From NCBI GenBank assembly GCA_027858855.1, contig JAQIBV010000039.1, forward strand, positions 84,990 to 148,989: a DNA stretch of 64,000 nt, read 5' to 3'. This DNA is from Spirochaetota bacterium (GTDB lineage Bacteria > Spirochaetota > UBA4802 > JAFGJZ01). Below the pieces are notes generated by a model, which was not told the origin of the DNA, made no database searches, and saw only the letters and a program-made list of their open reading frames with translations. Each line of letters starts with the position of its first letter. Positions within the stretch are counted from its first letter, which is position 1. This document shows, in pieces, positions 17,906 to 27,753 of this stretch. A program made the translations under genes and the position numbers.

Positions 17906-18013
17906 GCAACCTCTAATAATTAACTTTTCAACAAGGAACTTACGAAAAATTCCTTTAGAATAGGCACTTAAACGATGTTACCCTCTGGAACATTGTAATT
18001 TTTCGAAGTTCCC
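17906..18013. repeat. compact copy of the dispersed intergenic repeat (inverted relative to 1539..1995), MITE-like
   Basis: Contains cctctaataattaacttttcaac, ggcacttaaacgatgttaccctc and near-perfect inverted arms ggaacttacgaaaaatt (17935-17951) / aatttttcgaagttcc (17997-18012). Confidence 0.65.
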
Positions 18014-18245
18014 TATAGTGACAATTGAGTTACTTATTTTCAACAAGAATTTAATCTATATGATAAAAAGGAATTTTAATGCTAAAAAATCTTTCATCTA
18101 AAGCCTTTAACGGTATATATAAAAACAATGAGTAAATATAATTCTGCAAATAACGAATATCTTCCTAAATGCTCAGGCAAGTGATAAAAAGTGCAAGTTG
18201 TCGAGGGGGGGGAAGAAAGGCTGAACAAAAGAAGCATCAAAATTC

Positions 18246-18294
18246 AAATATGCTCTTCGAGCCCCGACCTCGGCGGGGCTCGAAGAGCATATTT
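18246..18294. other. orphan GC-rich perfect hairpin (19-21 bp stem) in a divergent intergenic region
   Basis: atatgctcttcgagccccg (18248-18266), 7-nt loop, cggggctcgaagagcatat (18274-18292). A/T-rich flanks on both sides. Confidence 0.8.
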
Positions 18295-18485
18295 ATGCTA
18301 TAAAACTAAAGTAAATGTGTTGACGATGAGGGGTAGTGGTCGCAAAATTACAAATAAGGGAACTTCTGAGATAATTTAAGAGTTCAAATCAATTCAATTA
18401 TATTACCCTATTTTATGATTATGAAAGACTGGATTATTTATAAACACGTCAGGTCATTCAGAAACTTTACCAGGAGCGGGATGTT

Positions 18486-20030
18486 TTGTATAGAATAATA
18501 TTAACTATAATCGTTGTTTTGGCGGTTTTGTGTTACTCATGCAGCTCTTCAAAAAATGAGTCTGAACCCAATAACAGCATAGAAAATGCGCAGCCGATAA
18601 TGATCGGTTCACTTATAAAAGGTTGTATTGAAAGCGATGATGATATTGATATCTATATAATGACAGTTGAAGAGGAAAAGAGAGTCTCTTTATCAATATC
18701 ACAGTTGAAGGGTATTAATCATTCTATAACAGTTTTACGCGATATCGGAGAAAAGCAGGTTGCTGTAAAAAAAATCGATGATTCACGAAAATCGTCACCC
18801 GAAAAGATGCCTTTATTGGGACTTATTCCAGGAACCTATTATTTTGTAATTTCTCATGGTGAACGTGACGAGAAGATAGGAAGTAGTCAAAAATACACCT
18901 TTATAATTAACGAACTTCAAGACGGTGTATATGAATTTGAACCAAACGACATCCCGCGCATGGCAACACCAATTGTAAGTGGCACGGGCATTCTTGCGTT
19001 CTACTCCCCCAGCTTTAACAAATTGAACAAATCGGCCAATAATAAATATCGTGAATATGACTATTTCAGTTTGACTGTAAGCAACTCCGAGGCGGGTCGT
19101 TTTCTGGCTGATGTCTCTGTGTCGGGTGTTCCGGGGGTCGATTCCGTTATTACAATGTATAGCCCTGCCGGAAAAGAAATTAACAGATCTGATTCAGGTG
19201 TTATTGGTGCCGGAGAGACAATAATTGGGCAGGGGCTTTCTGACCCCGGAACATACCTAATCGAGATATATGGTAAAAATTTTGCCTCTAACAATGAAAC
19301 GCCATACACATTAAACCTGAACATAGCAGAATTTGATTCTTCGTTTGAGATGGAGCTTAACAACAGTATTGAATCGGCTAATGTTTTACGAGGCGGGTCA
19401 ATCAAAGGGCGAATATTTCCTGAGGATGATGTAGATTATTTTGTCTATATACCGGAAAACCCTGAATTTGTTGATATTTCACTCATTCCATCTCCTGAAA
19501 TTAACGGTCGTTTTGTTCTATATAACTCTGCTGGAGAAAAAGTTTTTGAGATAGACAACCATGAAGCCGGTATGACAGAACAATTTCCTGCTTTTTTTTC
19601 AGGAGAGAAATTTTATATTCAGGTGCTTGCATTTGCAGGAGAGATGGATTCAGAACGGTTCTATACTCTCTCTGTTAAACCGGGATCATATCAGGATAGT
19701 ATTGAACTCGAACCTAATGATGAGAAAGAACGTGCAACATATATCGAAAACGGACTAATGTATGGATATTCATCATATAAAAACGATAAAGATTTTTACA
19801 TGATCGAAACTGATGGTCGTAAAAACAAAATATTGAGGATTACCGGAGTTAACGGAGCTAATTTCGAAGTATCAATTACAGATAACCTAGGATACATAAT
19901 AAACAGCTACGAACTAAATGACGATAATATACTTGAAATAACTGAGCTGATTGATAAACGTGCTTATGTCATAATTGACACTAAAGAAGCAGTTTATGAT
20001 AAACCCTACATAATAGAAATAATTCAATAG
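18486..20030 (+). CDS. lipoprotein with four pre-peptidase C-terminal (PPC)-like repeats
   Basis: Signal/lipobox-like MYRIILTIIVVLAVLCYSC. Four units begin EPNNSIENAQPI, EPNDIPRMATPI, ELNNSIESANVL and EPNDEKERATYI, each followed by a D-x-D-[YF] motif (DDIDIYI, EYDYFSL, DDVDYFVY, DKDFYMI). Confidence 0.7.
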   Translation: MYRIILTIIVVLAVLCYSCSSSKNESEPNNSIENAQPIMIGSLIKGCIESDDDIDIYIMTVEEEKRVSLSISQLKGINHSITVLRDIGEKQVAVKKIDDSRKSSPEKMPLLGLIPGTYYFVISHGERDEKIGSSQKYTFIINELQDGVYEFEPNDIPRMATPIVSGTGILAFYSPSFNKLNKSANNKYREYDYFSLTVSNSEAGRFLADVSVSGVPGVDSVITMYSPAGKEINRSDSGVIGAGETIIGQGLSDPGTYLIEIYGKNFASNNETPYTLNLNIAEFDSSFEMELNNSIESANVLRGGSIKGRIFPEDDVDYFVYIPENPEFVDISLIPSPEINGRFVLYNSAGEKVFEIDNHEAGMTEQFPAFFSGEKFYIQVLAFAGEMDSERFYTLSVKPGSYQDSIELEPNDEKERATYIENGLMYGYSSYKNDKDFYMIETDGRKNKILRITGVNGANFEVSITDNLGYIINSYELNDDNILEITELIDKRAYVIIDTKEAVYDKPYIIEIIQ

Positions 20031-20038
20031 GAGTCACT

Positions 20039-20494
20039 ATGAGAAAAATACTACTTGGCGTTCTGATCCTTCTCGCGGTTTCCTGCAAAACCGCTCCGGT
20101 TAAGGAACCATCCATTGTCACTGAAGACTCTGTTGTTGCTGGTACAGGCATAGTTGAAATAGTTGTCAGAGACCTTGGTATTTCAGATCCAGCTAATGAC
20201 AAACGTTCATACTACAGGATTTTTATAGATAAGGTCGAGGTGGGACGTACAGAGATAGGCCTTGAATCTCAACTGAAAAAATTTGCAACCACAACAGAAC
20301 CGAACAGTCATCTATTACGTATTGAAAAGTATGTACTGGATGATAAATCAGACAGATATGTGAAGGTCAATAATATTGATCAACCACGGCCTAATTTTAT
20401 ATATTTTGATAATTCTGATAAAAAGGATATCAGAATAGATATAGTTCATACTGTAGATACGCATCATGCGGAATACAGGATAACTAAACGGTGA
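20039..20494 (+). CDS. small lipoprotein, hypothetical
   Basis: MRKILLGVLILLAVSC lipobox. No family recognised. Overlaps the next gene (GTGA). Confidence 0.6.
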   Translation: MRKILLGVLILLAVSCKTAPVKEPSIVTEDSVVAGTGIVEIVVRDLGISDPANDKRSYYRIFIDKVEVGRTEIGLESQLKKFATTTEPNSHLLRIEKYVLDDKSDRYVKVNNIDQPRPNFIYFDNSDKKDIRIDIVHTVDTHHAEYRITKR

Positions 20495-21156
20495 AAACAG
20501 AAAAAAGCATTAAACGTGATCAGACAGAAAAAGAGGAGCTCTATAATGCTCTTACTCATGGATTCGGAGCCCTGCTTAGTTTAGCGGGGCTTATTCTTTT
20601 ACTCTTTGGAGCAATTAACGGGGGAGACCCCTGGCGGATTGTTTCACTTGCAATTTACGGAACTTCACTGGTTCTGCTCTACACAGCCTCAACACTATAC
20701 CATTTTGAAAAAAATGAAAAACGAAAGAAATATCTTAAAATTTTTGACCATTCATCAATCTATCTTCTCATTGCAGGGTCATATACTCCATTTATGCTCG
20801 TGACCATAAATGGGAAATGGGGATGGATCATTTTCAGCATTGTGTGGTCAATAGCCATAATTGGCATAGTTTTTAAGCTGAAATATGTCGGTCAATTTAA
20901 AAGGCTCTCACTGGCTCTCTATCTGGCGATGGGATGGGTAATCATTATTGTAATAAAATATGTAATCGAAGCTTTACCTATGCCGGCACTTGTGTTACTT
21001 ATTCTTGGTGGTTTATCATACAGTGGTGGTACATGGTTTTATTCCAAAAGCCATAAGCCCTATTATCATGCAATATGGCATCTATTTGTTATAGGGGGCA
21101 GCGTATTGCAATTCCTTGCAATATATTTATATGTTATGCCTATTCCAACTATTTAA
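20491..21156 (+). CDS. hemolysin III / PAQR-family membrane protein
   Basis: Seven TM segments. Motifs EELYNALTHG, STLYH and HAIWHLFV are typical of the HlyIII/YqfA family. Confidence 0.85.
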   Translation: MKTEKSIKRDQTEKEELYNALTHGFGALLSLAGLILLLFGAINGGDPWRIVSLAIYGTSLVLLYTASTLYHFEKNEKRKKYLKIFDHSSIYLLIAGSYTPFMLVTINGKWGWIIFSIVWSIAIIGIVFKLKYVGQFKRLSLALYLAMGWVIIIVIKYVIEALPMPALVLLILGGLSYSGGTWFYSKSHKPYYHAIWHLFVIGGSVLQFLAIYLYVMPIPTI

Positions 21157-21262
21157 CTTGTTTTTAAAACAATGTTAATTTCTTTTCTTGACCATTACCA
21201 TAAATAATTCAATGTGTCGCTCAAAGAGGTATACGCCTTTTAATAGACTTGAGGAGTTATTT

Positions 21263-22261
21263 ATGGATATGCTTGAATCATTTAAAAAACGGGCTCGCTT
21301 GCTCGGTAAGACTATAGTTTTACCCGAAGGAACAGATCCCCGAACAATAAAGGCCGCTGCTATGATTACTGAAGAGAAAATAGCAGAGGTCATAGTATTA
21401 GGGAATCCCTCACAAATTGAACAGCTTGCTTCTGCACAGAAGGTCTCAACAGATGGATTTCAAATAATTGATATCGATAATTATAGTCGTAAAGAGGAGC
21501 TCATTTTGTCTTTGGCTGAACTTCGCAAAGACAAGGGTGTCGACAGAAAGAAGGCCGAAGAGTTGCTTTCTAGTCCTCTTTATATGGGAGTCATGATGGT
21601 AAAAGCGGGTATTGCTGACGGTATGGTTGCTGGTGCTATAAATGCTACCGCAGATGTGCTCAGACCGTCGTTGCAAATACTTAAAACAGCTCCCGGCACT
21701 AAGCTTGTCTCTTCCTTTTTTGTCATGATTGTGCCCGATTGCGACCTGGGTGCAGAGGGAGGCTTTTTATTCGCTGATCCCGGAATGGTTCAAAACCCCA
21801 ACTCAGAAGAACTTGCACATATTGCTGTTAATGCAGCTCAATCCTTTAAAACACTGTTCCAGAAAGAACCGGTTGTCGGCATGCTATCTCATTCGACAAA
21901 GGGATCGGCTTCACATCCTGATGTCGATAAGGTAGTCGAGGCTACACGCATTGCAAAGGATATTGCTCCTGAACTTTTGCTCGATGGTGAGTTTCAGCTT
22001 GATGCGGCAATTGTACCATCAGTTGGGGCATCCAAGGCTCCCGAAAGTGATGTTGCCGGAAAATGTAATGTTCTTGTCTTTCCTGATCTTGATGCTGCCA
22101 ACATTGGATATAAACTCACTCAGAGACTTGCCAAAGCCGAAGCCTACGGACCAGTGACTCAGGGGATTGCAAAACCGGTTAATGACCTATCTCGTGGATG
22201 TACTGCAGATGATATAACCGCTGTTGTTGCGATTACTGCAATTCAGTCAGAATCAAATTAA
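21263..22261 (+). CDS. pta: phosphate acetyltransferase
   Basis: MDMLESFKKRARLLGKTIVLPEGTDPRTIKAA... matches a short-form Pta. ATG 21263 is preceded by GAGGAG. The ORF-track start at 21188 is probably too far upstream. Confidence 0.93.
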   Translation: MDMLESFKKRARLLGKTIVLPEGTDPRTIKAAAMITEEKIAEVIVLGNPSQIEQLASAQKVSTDGFQIIDIDNYSRKEELILSLAELRKDKGVDRKKAEELLSSPLYMGVMMVKAGIADGMVAGAINATADVLRPSLQILKTAPGTKLVSSFFVMIVPDCDLGAEGGFLFADPGMVQNPNSEELAHIAVNAAQSFKTLFQKEPVVGMLSHSTKGSASHPDVDKVVEATRIAKDIAPELLLDGEFQLDAAIVPSVGASKAPESDVAGKCNVLVFPDLDAANIGYKLTQRLAKAEAYGPVTQGIAKPVNDLSRGCTADDITAVVAITAIQSESN

Positions 22262-22273
22262 AAGTTTTAAATG

Positions 22274-22435
22274 GAAAACTTCGAAAAATTACCAAAGTAC
22301 TTTGGTAAAGTTCTAAATTTCAGAAGGTAACCTTGTTTGAGTGTTTGATTATGGAGAATTTTTTTCGCTAGCGCTCAAATAAAGACTGAATGTCGCTTTG
22401 AGGATAGCGAAAATATTTCAGCGTTCAAGATATTA
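22274..22435. repeat. copy of the dispersed intergenic repeat between convergent pta and the ferredoxin gene
   Basis: Contains gaaaacttcgaaaaattacc, a perfect 20-nt palindrome ttaccaaagtactttggtaa (22289-22308, a possible pta terminator), and ggtaaccttgtttgagtgtttgatt...tcgctttgaggatagcgaaaatattt, which aligns with 1539..1650. Confidence 0.65.
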
Positions 22436-23185
22436 TTTGTTTGCTTCAATAATATCTTGAAGACTGATGTTTCTGTTTCTATAACGCACAGCGCTCTTTT
22501 CTTTGGTGTGGTGTATTGCCTTCTGGGGACAGTTGTGAAGACAGGCAAAACATGATTCACACCTATGATCAAATGCTACCTTGTCTGTGACCGAAATGTT
22601 ATCAGCCAAACAAACAAGAGCGCAGGTTCCACATAGATTACAAGTTTTATCGACAAATAGTTTTTTGTCAGTTTTATCAAGAAGCCGATTATAGATCATT
22701 TGTGCAATACTATGCACTCTTTTGATGAAAAAACCGCGAACGGGTATACGATTAACTGAAGCTCTGATATCGTGGACTGCGGCTGGTAGGGCAGATTCAA
22801 CATTTTTCGTTGATAAACGACTCTGTTCCCTGGCGATATCGAACATCGGAACGTAATTGTCGATCATTGTTATATCCGCAATGTAGTTAATTTGTATCTT
22901 CTTTTTTTTGAACTCTTTTTGTAACTGCCATGAAGCAGCACCACTGCTTCCACCACAGGTTATCAATGAGAAAAAATAGCTGCTGTTAAACTGAGCAGAC
23001 CTTATAAACTTAAGTACGGGTCGTGGAATGCCGTGAAAATAGGCAGGGAAAACGAAACCGATCTTATCATCATCATATGAAGTCGGATCTTTTTTTAATT
23101 CCTGCGGAATCGAAACCAGTGTGCAATTAAAACGACGTGATACGTCAAGACTGTTACCGGTAGATGTGAAATAAAAAATTGTCAT
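22433..23185 (-). CDS. flavodoxin-like / 2x[4Fe-4S] ferredoxin fusion protein (EFR1-type)
   Basis: N-terminus MTIFYFTSTGNS is flavodoxin-like. There are two CxxCxxCxxxC motifs (CNLCGTCALVC, CESCFACLHNCP). Confidence 0.75.
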   Translation of the reverse strand: MTIFYFTSTGNSLDVSRRFNCTLVSIPQELKKDPTSYDDDKIGFVFPAYFHGIPRPVLKFIRSAQFNSSYFFSLITCGGSSGAASWQLQKEFKKKKIQINYIADITMIDNYVPMFDIAREQSRLSTKNVESALPAAVHDIRASVNRIPVRGFFIKRVHSIAQMIYNRLLDKTDKKLFVDKTCNLCGTCALVCLADNISVTDKVAFDHRCESCFACLHNCPQKAIHHTKEKSAVRYRNRNISLQDIIEANK

Positions 23186-23336
23186 TCTATAGATCCTCAT
23201 AATTTAAGCTTTTGTCTGTTCAATAAGAGAAAATTAATGGCTGACGTCAATTATTATATAGCTTTGATTGAGAATTATCGGGAGCTATCTGGTCTAAAGA
23301 CACGGAAAATAAAACCTCTGAATATTTTTGTTGCCA

Positions 23337-23371
23337 GAGAACTTCGAAAAATTAACCTGTTTTTAAGATTG
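23337..23371. repeat. short fragment of the dispersed repeat upstream of rlmN
   Basis: gagaacttcgaaaaattaacctgtttttaagattg; compare 22277-22296 plus 22329-22345. Confidence 0.45.
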
Positions 23372-23408
23372 TATTTCTATTGGCTTGCAGAATAAAGAAC
23401 GGTATCTA

Positions 23409-24452
23409 ATGAAACAATTAATTAAAAATTTTACGATAGATGAGACGGAGTTATTTTTTGCCTCTATTGGGGAAAAAGCATATCGGGCACGACAACTGTA
23501 TGCGTGGATGTACGGAAAAAATGTTGCTACTTTTGACGAAATGAGCAATTACTCCAAGAGCCTGAGGGCACTGCTTAAGCAAAAATGTGTGGTTTCGCCC
23601 CTGATATGTGAGGATCGGCAAACTTCACAGATTGATGGCACAGAAAAATTTCTCTTTAAAACCTATGACGGACATTATATAGAATCAGTATTATTAAAGA
23701 ATGATTTTAACGATACTGGTCGGTTGACTATCTGCATCTCATCTCAGATAGGATGCCAGATGGGGTGCACTTTCTGCCATACCGCCAGGATCCCGTTTAT
23801 AAGAAATCTTGAAACAGCAGAGATTCTCGATCAGATCAATCAGGTACGCAGATTATCCGGGCTTAGTAATAACAATATTGTCTTTATGGGGATGGGTGAA
23901 CCGTTTATGAATTACAATAATGTAATCAAAGCGGCAACCATCATGAACTACACCTTCGGATTTCATCTATCAGTTCGAAAAATAACGATATCTACCTGTG
24001 GTATTCTTCCGCGTATTGAACAATTCATTGAAGAAGAACATCTTTTTAACCTTGCGGTTTCATTGAATGACACCTCTTCAGAAAAGAGATCTGTATCAAT
24101 GCCAATTAACCGAAAATATCCTCTTGAAAAGCTGGCAGATCTGTTCAATAAAAAAATGCCGAAAGCCCATAATCGTCTTACACTGGAATATGTTTTAAGG
24201 AAGGATAATATATCCAAAGATGATGCAAAACGGTTAAAAAAACTTTTTAAATATTCACGCATAAAACTGAATTTAATACCTTTAAATTGCTCAACTGATA
24301 ATACAGCAAGACCATCAGATGAGGAAATTGAATCTTTTATAAAAGAGCTTGAAATATTGAACATTCCAATTACTGTTCGTAAAAGTCTGGGGAGTGACAT
24401 AGACGGTGCATGTGGTCAACTTTCCGGAAAAAAATACAGTGACAGCTTGTAA
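23409..24452 (+). CDS. rlmN: 23S rRNA/tRNA (adenine-C2)-methyltransferase, radical SAM
   Basis: YRARQLYAWMY..., radical-SAM cluster CQMGCTFC, and GMGEP. Start taken at ATG 23409. Confidence 0.93.
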   Translation: MKQLIKNFTIDETELFFASIGEKAYRARQLYAWMYGKNVATFDEMSNYSKSLRALLKQKCVVSPLICEDRQTSQIDGTEKFLFKTYDGHYIESVLLKNDFNDTGRLTICISSQIGCQMGCTFCHTARIPFIRNLETAEILDQINQVRRLSGLSNNNIVFMGMGEPFMNYNNVIKAATIMNYTFGFHLSVRKITISTCGILPRIEQFIEEEHLFNLAVSLNDTSSEKRSVSMPINRKYPLEKLADLFNKKMPKAHNRLTLEYVLRKDNISKDDAKRLKKLFKYSRIKLNLIPLNCSTDNTARPSDEEIESFIKELEILNIPITVRKSLGSDIDGACGQLSGKKYSDSL

Positions 24453-24616
24453 AACCATGATTAGAGGCAATCAATAATTGGAAGCATCAGAATTACTGTT
24501 TTATAAATTACCGGATCATTATATTGGTAACCTCAAATAGGCTTTAATAATGTTTTTTGATAAGTTGTCTGAAGAAAATTTAAGTCTCAAAATTCCTGGA
24601 GATCAATAGGTTAAAT

Positions 24617-26896
24617 ATGCGTGCTACTCTGAATTCTGTAATTAATTGGATTTTTTCACATAAAATAATGGTTTTTATAGTCATTCCCGGATCGTTTGCC
24701 CTTATCCTCATTCTCTATGTTCTGATAATTTATCTGAGTTGGTTGTCAGACCGTGATGAGGCTTTGGAAAAACTGGCTCGTTATAAACGATTGATAGATC
24801 GTACCGAAGAGATGCGAGAAGGTATGATATATGCCGCAGGCGACTATGGTCTGGAAGAGAAGGTTGTCGATTTACCAACCAGTATTGTTGACCGAAATGG
24901 AGAACTGGTGGGTCAGTTTTTTAGCCAAAAAAGAGAAATTGTTCCCTATAATTACATTCCCGACGCACTGATTAAATCTGTTTTAGCTTCTGAAGATCGT
25001 GATTTTTATGATCATACAGGAGTTAATCCTCGTGGTATTTTACGTGCATTTCTGGTAAACCTGAAAAATTTCAGAATAGTACAGGGAGGAAGCACAATAA
25101 CCCAGCAGCTTGGGAAAGTTCTCTTTACAGATATGGAGCGTAATTTAAAAAGAAAGATCTATGAAGTTTTTTGTGCGCGTGAAATAGAAACCTACTATGA
25201 CAAACAGGATATTCTTTCGATGTATCTGAATCTTATCTATTTCGGAAACGGAGCATACGGAGTTGAAGCAGCATCCAAAATGTTCTTCGGAAAATCAGTC
25301 AAAACCTTGAATGAAACTGAGTGCGCAATGATTGTCGCAACTATATCAAGTCCCCGTTCATATTCACCTCTCTCTAACCTTCCTAATTCCGTACGCAAAA
25401 CACGCCGTATCTTGCAATCGATGGTTGATGCTGGTTTTATGGAAGCTAAACGTGCAGAATTTCAATATGATAAATTTTTAAATAAATGGGATGTGCAATT
25501 TGACGAAAATGATATCCCCACATCATCCCTTATAGGCAGTTTTGCTTTCAGCACATACCGTATCAATCGAGCTCCATTTCTTATTGAACAAATCCGACGT
25601 CTTTTGGTAGAGAAATTCGGAGAAGAGGTGTTAAAAAAGGGCGGCCTGACAGTTCACACAACAATTGATGCAGAATACCAGGATTATGCCCTGGCTGCAT
25701 TGCGTTCCGGAGTAGAGAAACAGCGGGAATATCATCGGGCTTTGGCAAAGAAATACGGTAATAAACCGGCTGGTATCAGAAACCGGGAAAACGCAGAGAA
25801 TATTCAGGGTGCCCTTATCGCTGTTCATCCGGGCTCTGGAGAAGTTCTGGCATACGTGGGTGGCTACGAATTCACCTCAAAAAGCCAGCTTGATCATATA
25901 GTTCAGATCCGCCGACAACCTGGATCTTCGATTAAACCGCTTCTGTACTGTTCTGCAATAGAAAATCGCGACATTACACCATCCACCATGTTTATTGATG
26001 AACCAACCACCTTTGAAGAAGGCTATTCACCTCAAAATTATGGTAATTCATACAGAGGCCCGGTTATAGTTCTTGAAGCACTAAAGAGGTCTATAAATGT
26101 TATTGCCGTTAAAATACTCGAGAAAACAGGATACGATACTGTTTTTAATTATATCCGTAAAGGACTTGATCTTAACCGATCTGAATTTAACAGCCGTTTC
26201 CATAAAACACTCTCGTTCGCACTAGGAACGTATGAACTATCACCCATGGAAAATGTCACACTTCATTCCATGATTGTAAACGGTGGTAAATACGTTAAGC
26301 CGTATACAATAAAAACCATTACCGATTACAGCGGCCGTGTTATCTGGAATAATGAAGAAGAGGTGTACAGGCACATGCTTGAGCGGCAGAAAGAATATGG
26401 GAATATAATTGACCCGATTGCTGCGGCAATAACAGTCTCCCTTGCAAAAAATGTTTTTAAACCAGGTGGAACTGCTGCTGGCACCGCCGCACGATACCGA
26501 ATTGATTTTCCGGCCGGTGGTAAAACTGGAACATCGACCAACTATAATGATGCATGGTTTGTTGGTTACACAGCCGAAATGGTCACCGCGGTATGGGTTG
26601 GAAATAGTAAAGGGGCTATTTCTTTGGGCCGAGGCAGAAGCGGAGGATCTGTTGCCGCTCCTGTTTGGGGGGAATTCAGCTCGAAAGCCTTTGCTCATGA
26701 TAAACCAGGTGAATTTTCTGTTCCCCAGGAGGGGGTATCTTTTCAGACAATCGATTTAAAAACAGGCCAGGTTCCCCGAACTATCGAAGATCCGTCAACA
26801 GTCTCTGTAGATCAGATATTTTATGAAGGTAGCGAACCCGGATTATATTCGGATGAATTTTCCATGCCGGAGTCAGAATCGGACGAGGAGGAGTAA
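24617..26896 (+). CDS. penicillin-binding protein 1A (bifunctional transglycosylase/transpeptidase)
   Basis: GT51 motifs EDRDFYDHTGV, GGSTITQQL and RKIYE. Transpeptidase motifs SSIKP and KTGT. Confidence 0.93.
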   Translation: MRATLNSVINWIFSHKIMVFIVIPGSFALILILYVLIIYLSWLSDRDEALEKLARYKRLIDRTEEMREGMIYAAGDYGLEEKVVDLPTSIVDRNGELVGQFFSQKREIVPYNYIPDALIKSVLASEDRDFYDHTGVNPRGILRAFLVNLKNFRIVQGGSTITQQLGKVLFTDMERNLKRKIYEVFCAREIETYYDKQDILSMYLNLIYFGNGAYGVEAASKMFFGKSVKTLNETECAMIVATISSPRSYSPLSNLPNSVRKTRRILQSMVDAGFMEAKRAEFQYDKFLNKWDVQFDENDIPTSSLIGSFAFSTYRINRAPFLIEQIRRLLVEKFGEEVLKKGGLTVHTTIDAEYQDYALAALRSGVEKQREYHRALAKKYGNKPAGIRNRENAENIQGALIAVHPGSGEVLAYVGGYEFTSKSQLDHIVQIRRQPGSSIKPLLYCSAIENRDITPSTMFIDEPTTFEEGYSPQNYGNSYRGPVIVLEALKRSINVIAVKILEKTGYDTVFNYIRKGLDLNRSEFNSRFHKTLSFALGTYELSPMENVTLHSMIVNGGKYVKPYTIKTITDYSGRVIWNNEEEVYRHMLERQKEYGNIIDPIAAAITVSLAKNVFKPGGTAAGTAARYRIDFPAGGKTGTSTNYNDAWFVGYTAEMVTAVWVGNSKGAISLGRGRSGGSVAAPVWGEFSSKAFAHDKPGEFSVPQEGVSFQTIDLKTGQVPRTIEDPSTVSVDQIFYEGSEPGLYSDEFSMPESESDEEE

Positions 26897-27750
26897 TGCA
26901 TAATCGACACGAATTGCGTTTTATAATTCTTTTATTTGTTTTGATTTTAACCAGTTTTAGCTGGCCCCAACAGAATATCCGCATTACTTCAACATTCGGT
27001 GAATCAAGGGGAGATCATATTCATGATGGCATTGATATAATTTCACCCAGTAATACCATTTACCCGGTTGACGACGGTATCCTGCTTTATGCATGGAACC
27101 GATCACTTTTCCCGTTTGAAAACTATACAGGAAGTGGTAATTATTCGGTTATTGATCATGGGAAATACGCCTCAACATATCTTCACCTCGAAGACTCTCC
27201 GGTTCTACAACAGCGATACAGCCAAAAAGAACCACTTGGAAGGTATGCAAACTCCGGCCGATCATATGGAAATCACTTACACTTTGGATGGTATGATCGT
27301 AATAACTGGAGCTCACATAACTTTCTAAATTTTGTAGATGCGATTCCGGATGAAAATCCACCAGTTATTAATCACATAGCCTTTTCGATTAACAGTAGTA
27401 TAGTTAGGGTCACGGACAATTCTTCAATTCGCTTAACAGAACATCATCCGGTTCTTTTCAACATTTTTGATAATATTCACGATGGGTATAATGTAGGAAT
27501 CCACCAATTAACTGTTTATTTAAACGGAAGCCAAATTCACTCCGTTACATTTGATGAGGCACTTTACGATAAAAATGGGTTGACTATTTCAGGTAAAACT
27601 CTTGAGAATATATTTGAAGGCAAGGACTATTATAAAGTAAATGAATTAAAATATGCTAATGGTGTAAACACTTTTAAGGTTATTGCTTCAGATTATGCCG
27701 GCAATGTAACTGAAAAAGAATTTACACTTACTATCAGACTTGATTTATAA
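26896..27750 (+). CDS. M23-family (LytM-type) peptidase domain protein
   Basis: GDHIHDGIDI and GNHLHFG zinc-ligand motifs, with an Ig-like C-terminal part. The start overlaps the PBP1A stop (TAATG). Confidence 0.75.
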   Translation: MHNRHELRFIILLFVLILTSFSWPQQNIRITSTFGESRGDHIHDGIDIISPSNTIYPVDDGILLYAWNRSLFPFENYTGSGNYSVIDHGKYASTYLHLEDSPVLQQRYSQKEPLGRYANSGRSYGNHLHFGWYDRNNWSSHNFLNFVDAIPDENPPVINHIAFSINSSIVRVTDNSSIRLTEHHPVLFNIFDNIHDGYNVGIHQLTVYLNGSQIHSVTFDEALYDKNGLTISGKTLENIFEGKDYYKVNELKYANGVNTFKVIASDYAGNVTEKEFTLTIRLDL

Positions 27751-27753
27751 AGG

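Noticed and set aside
17876-18485. RNase P RNA, tmRNA, SRP RNA or a tRNA hidden in the long spacers. Also checked: 42705..43269, 63066..63736 and 5515..5788.
   Set aside because: By eye there is no GGTTCGAATCC-type T-loop, GAGGAAAGTCC P4 element, SRP GGAAGCAGCC motif or tmRNA ends. An Infernal scan is still advisable.
20491-21156. Hemolysin-named genes (HlyIII here, TlyC-type CBS proteins at 28182..30685) as a toxin or virulence system.
   Set aside because: These families are widespread housekeeping membrane proteins (PAQR receptors, CNNM/CorC Mg/Co efflux-type). The names are historical.
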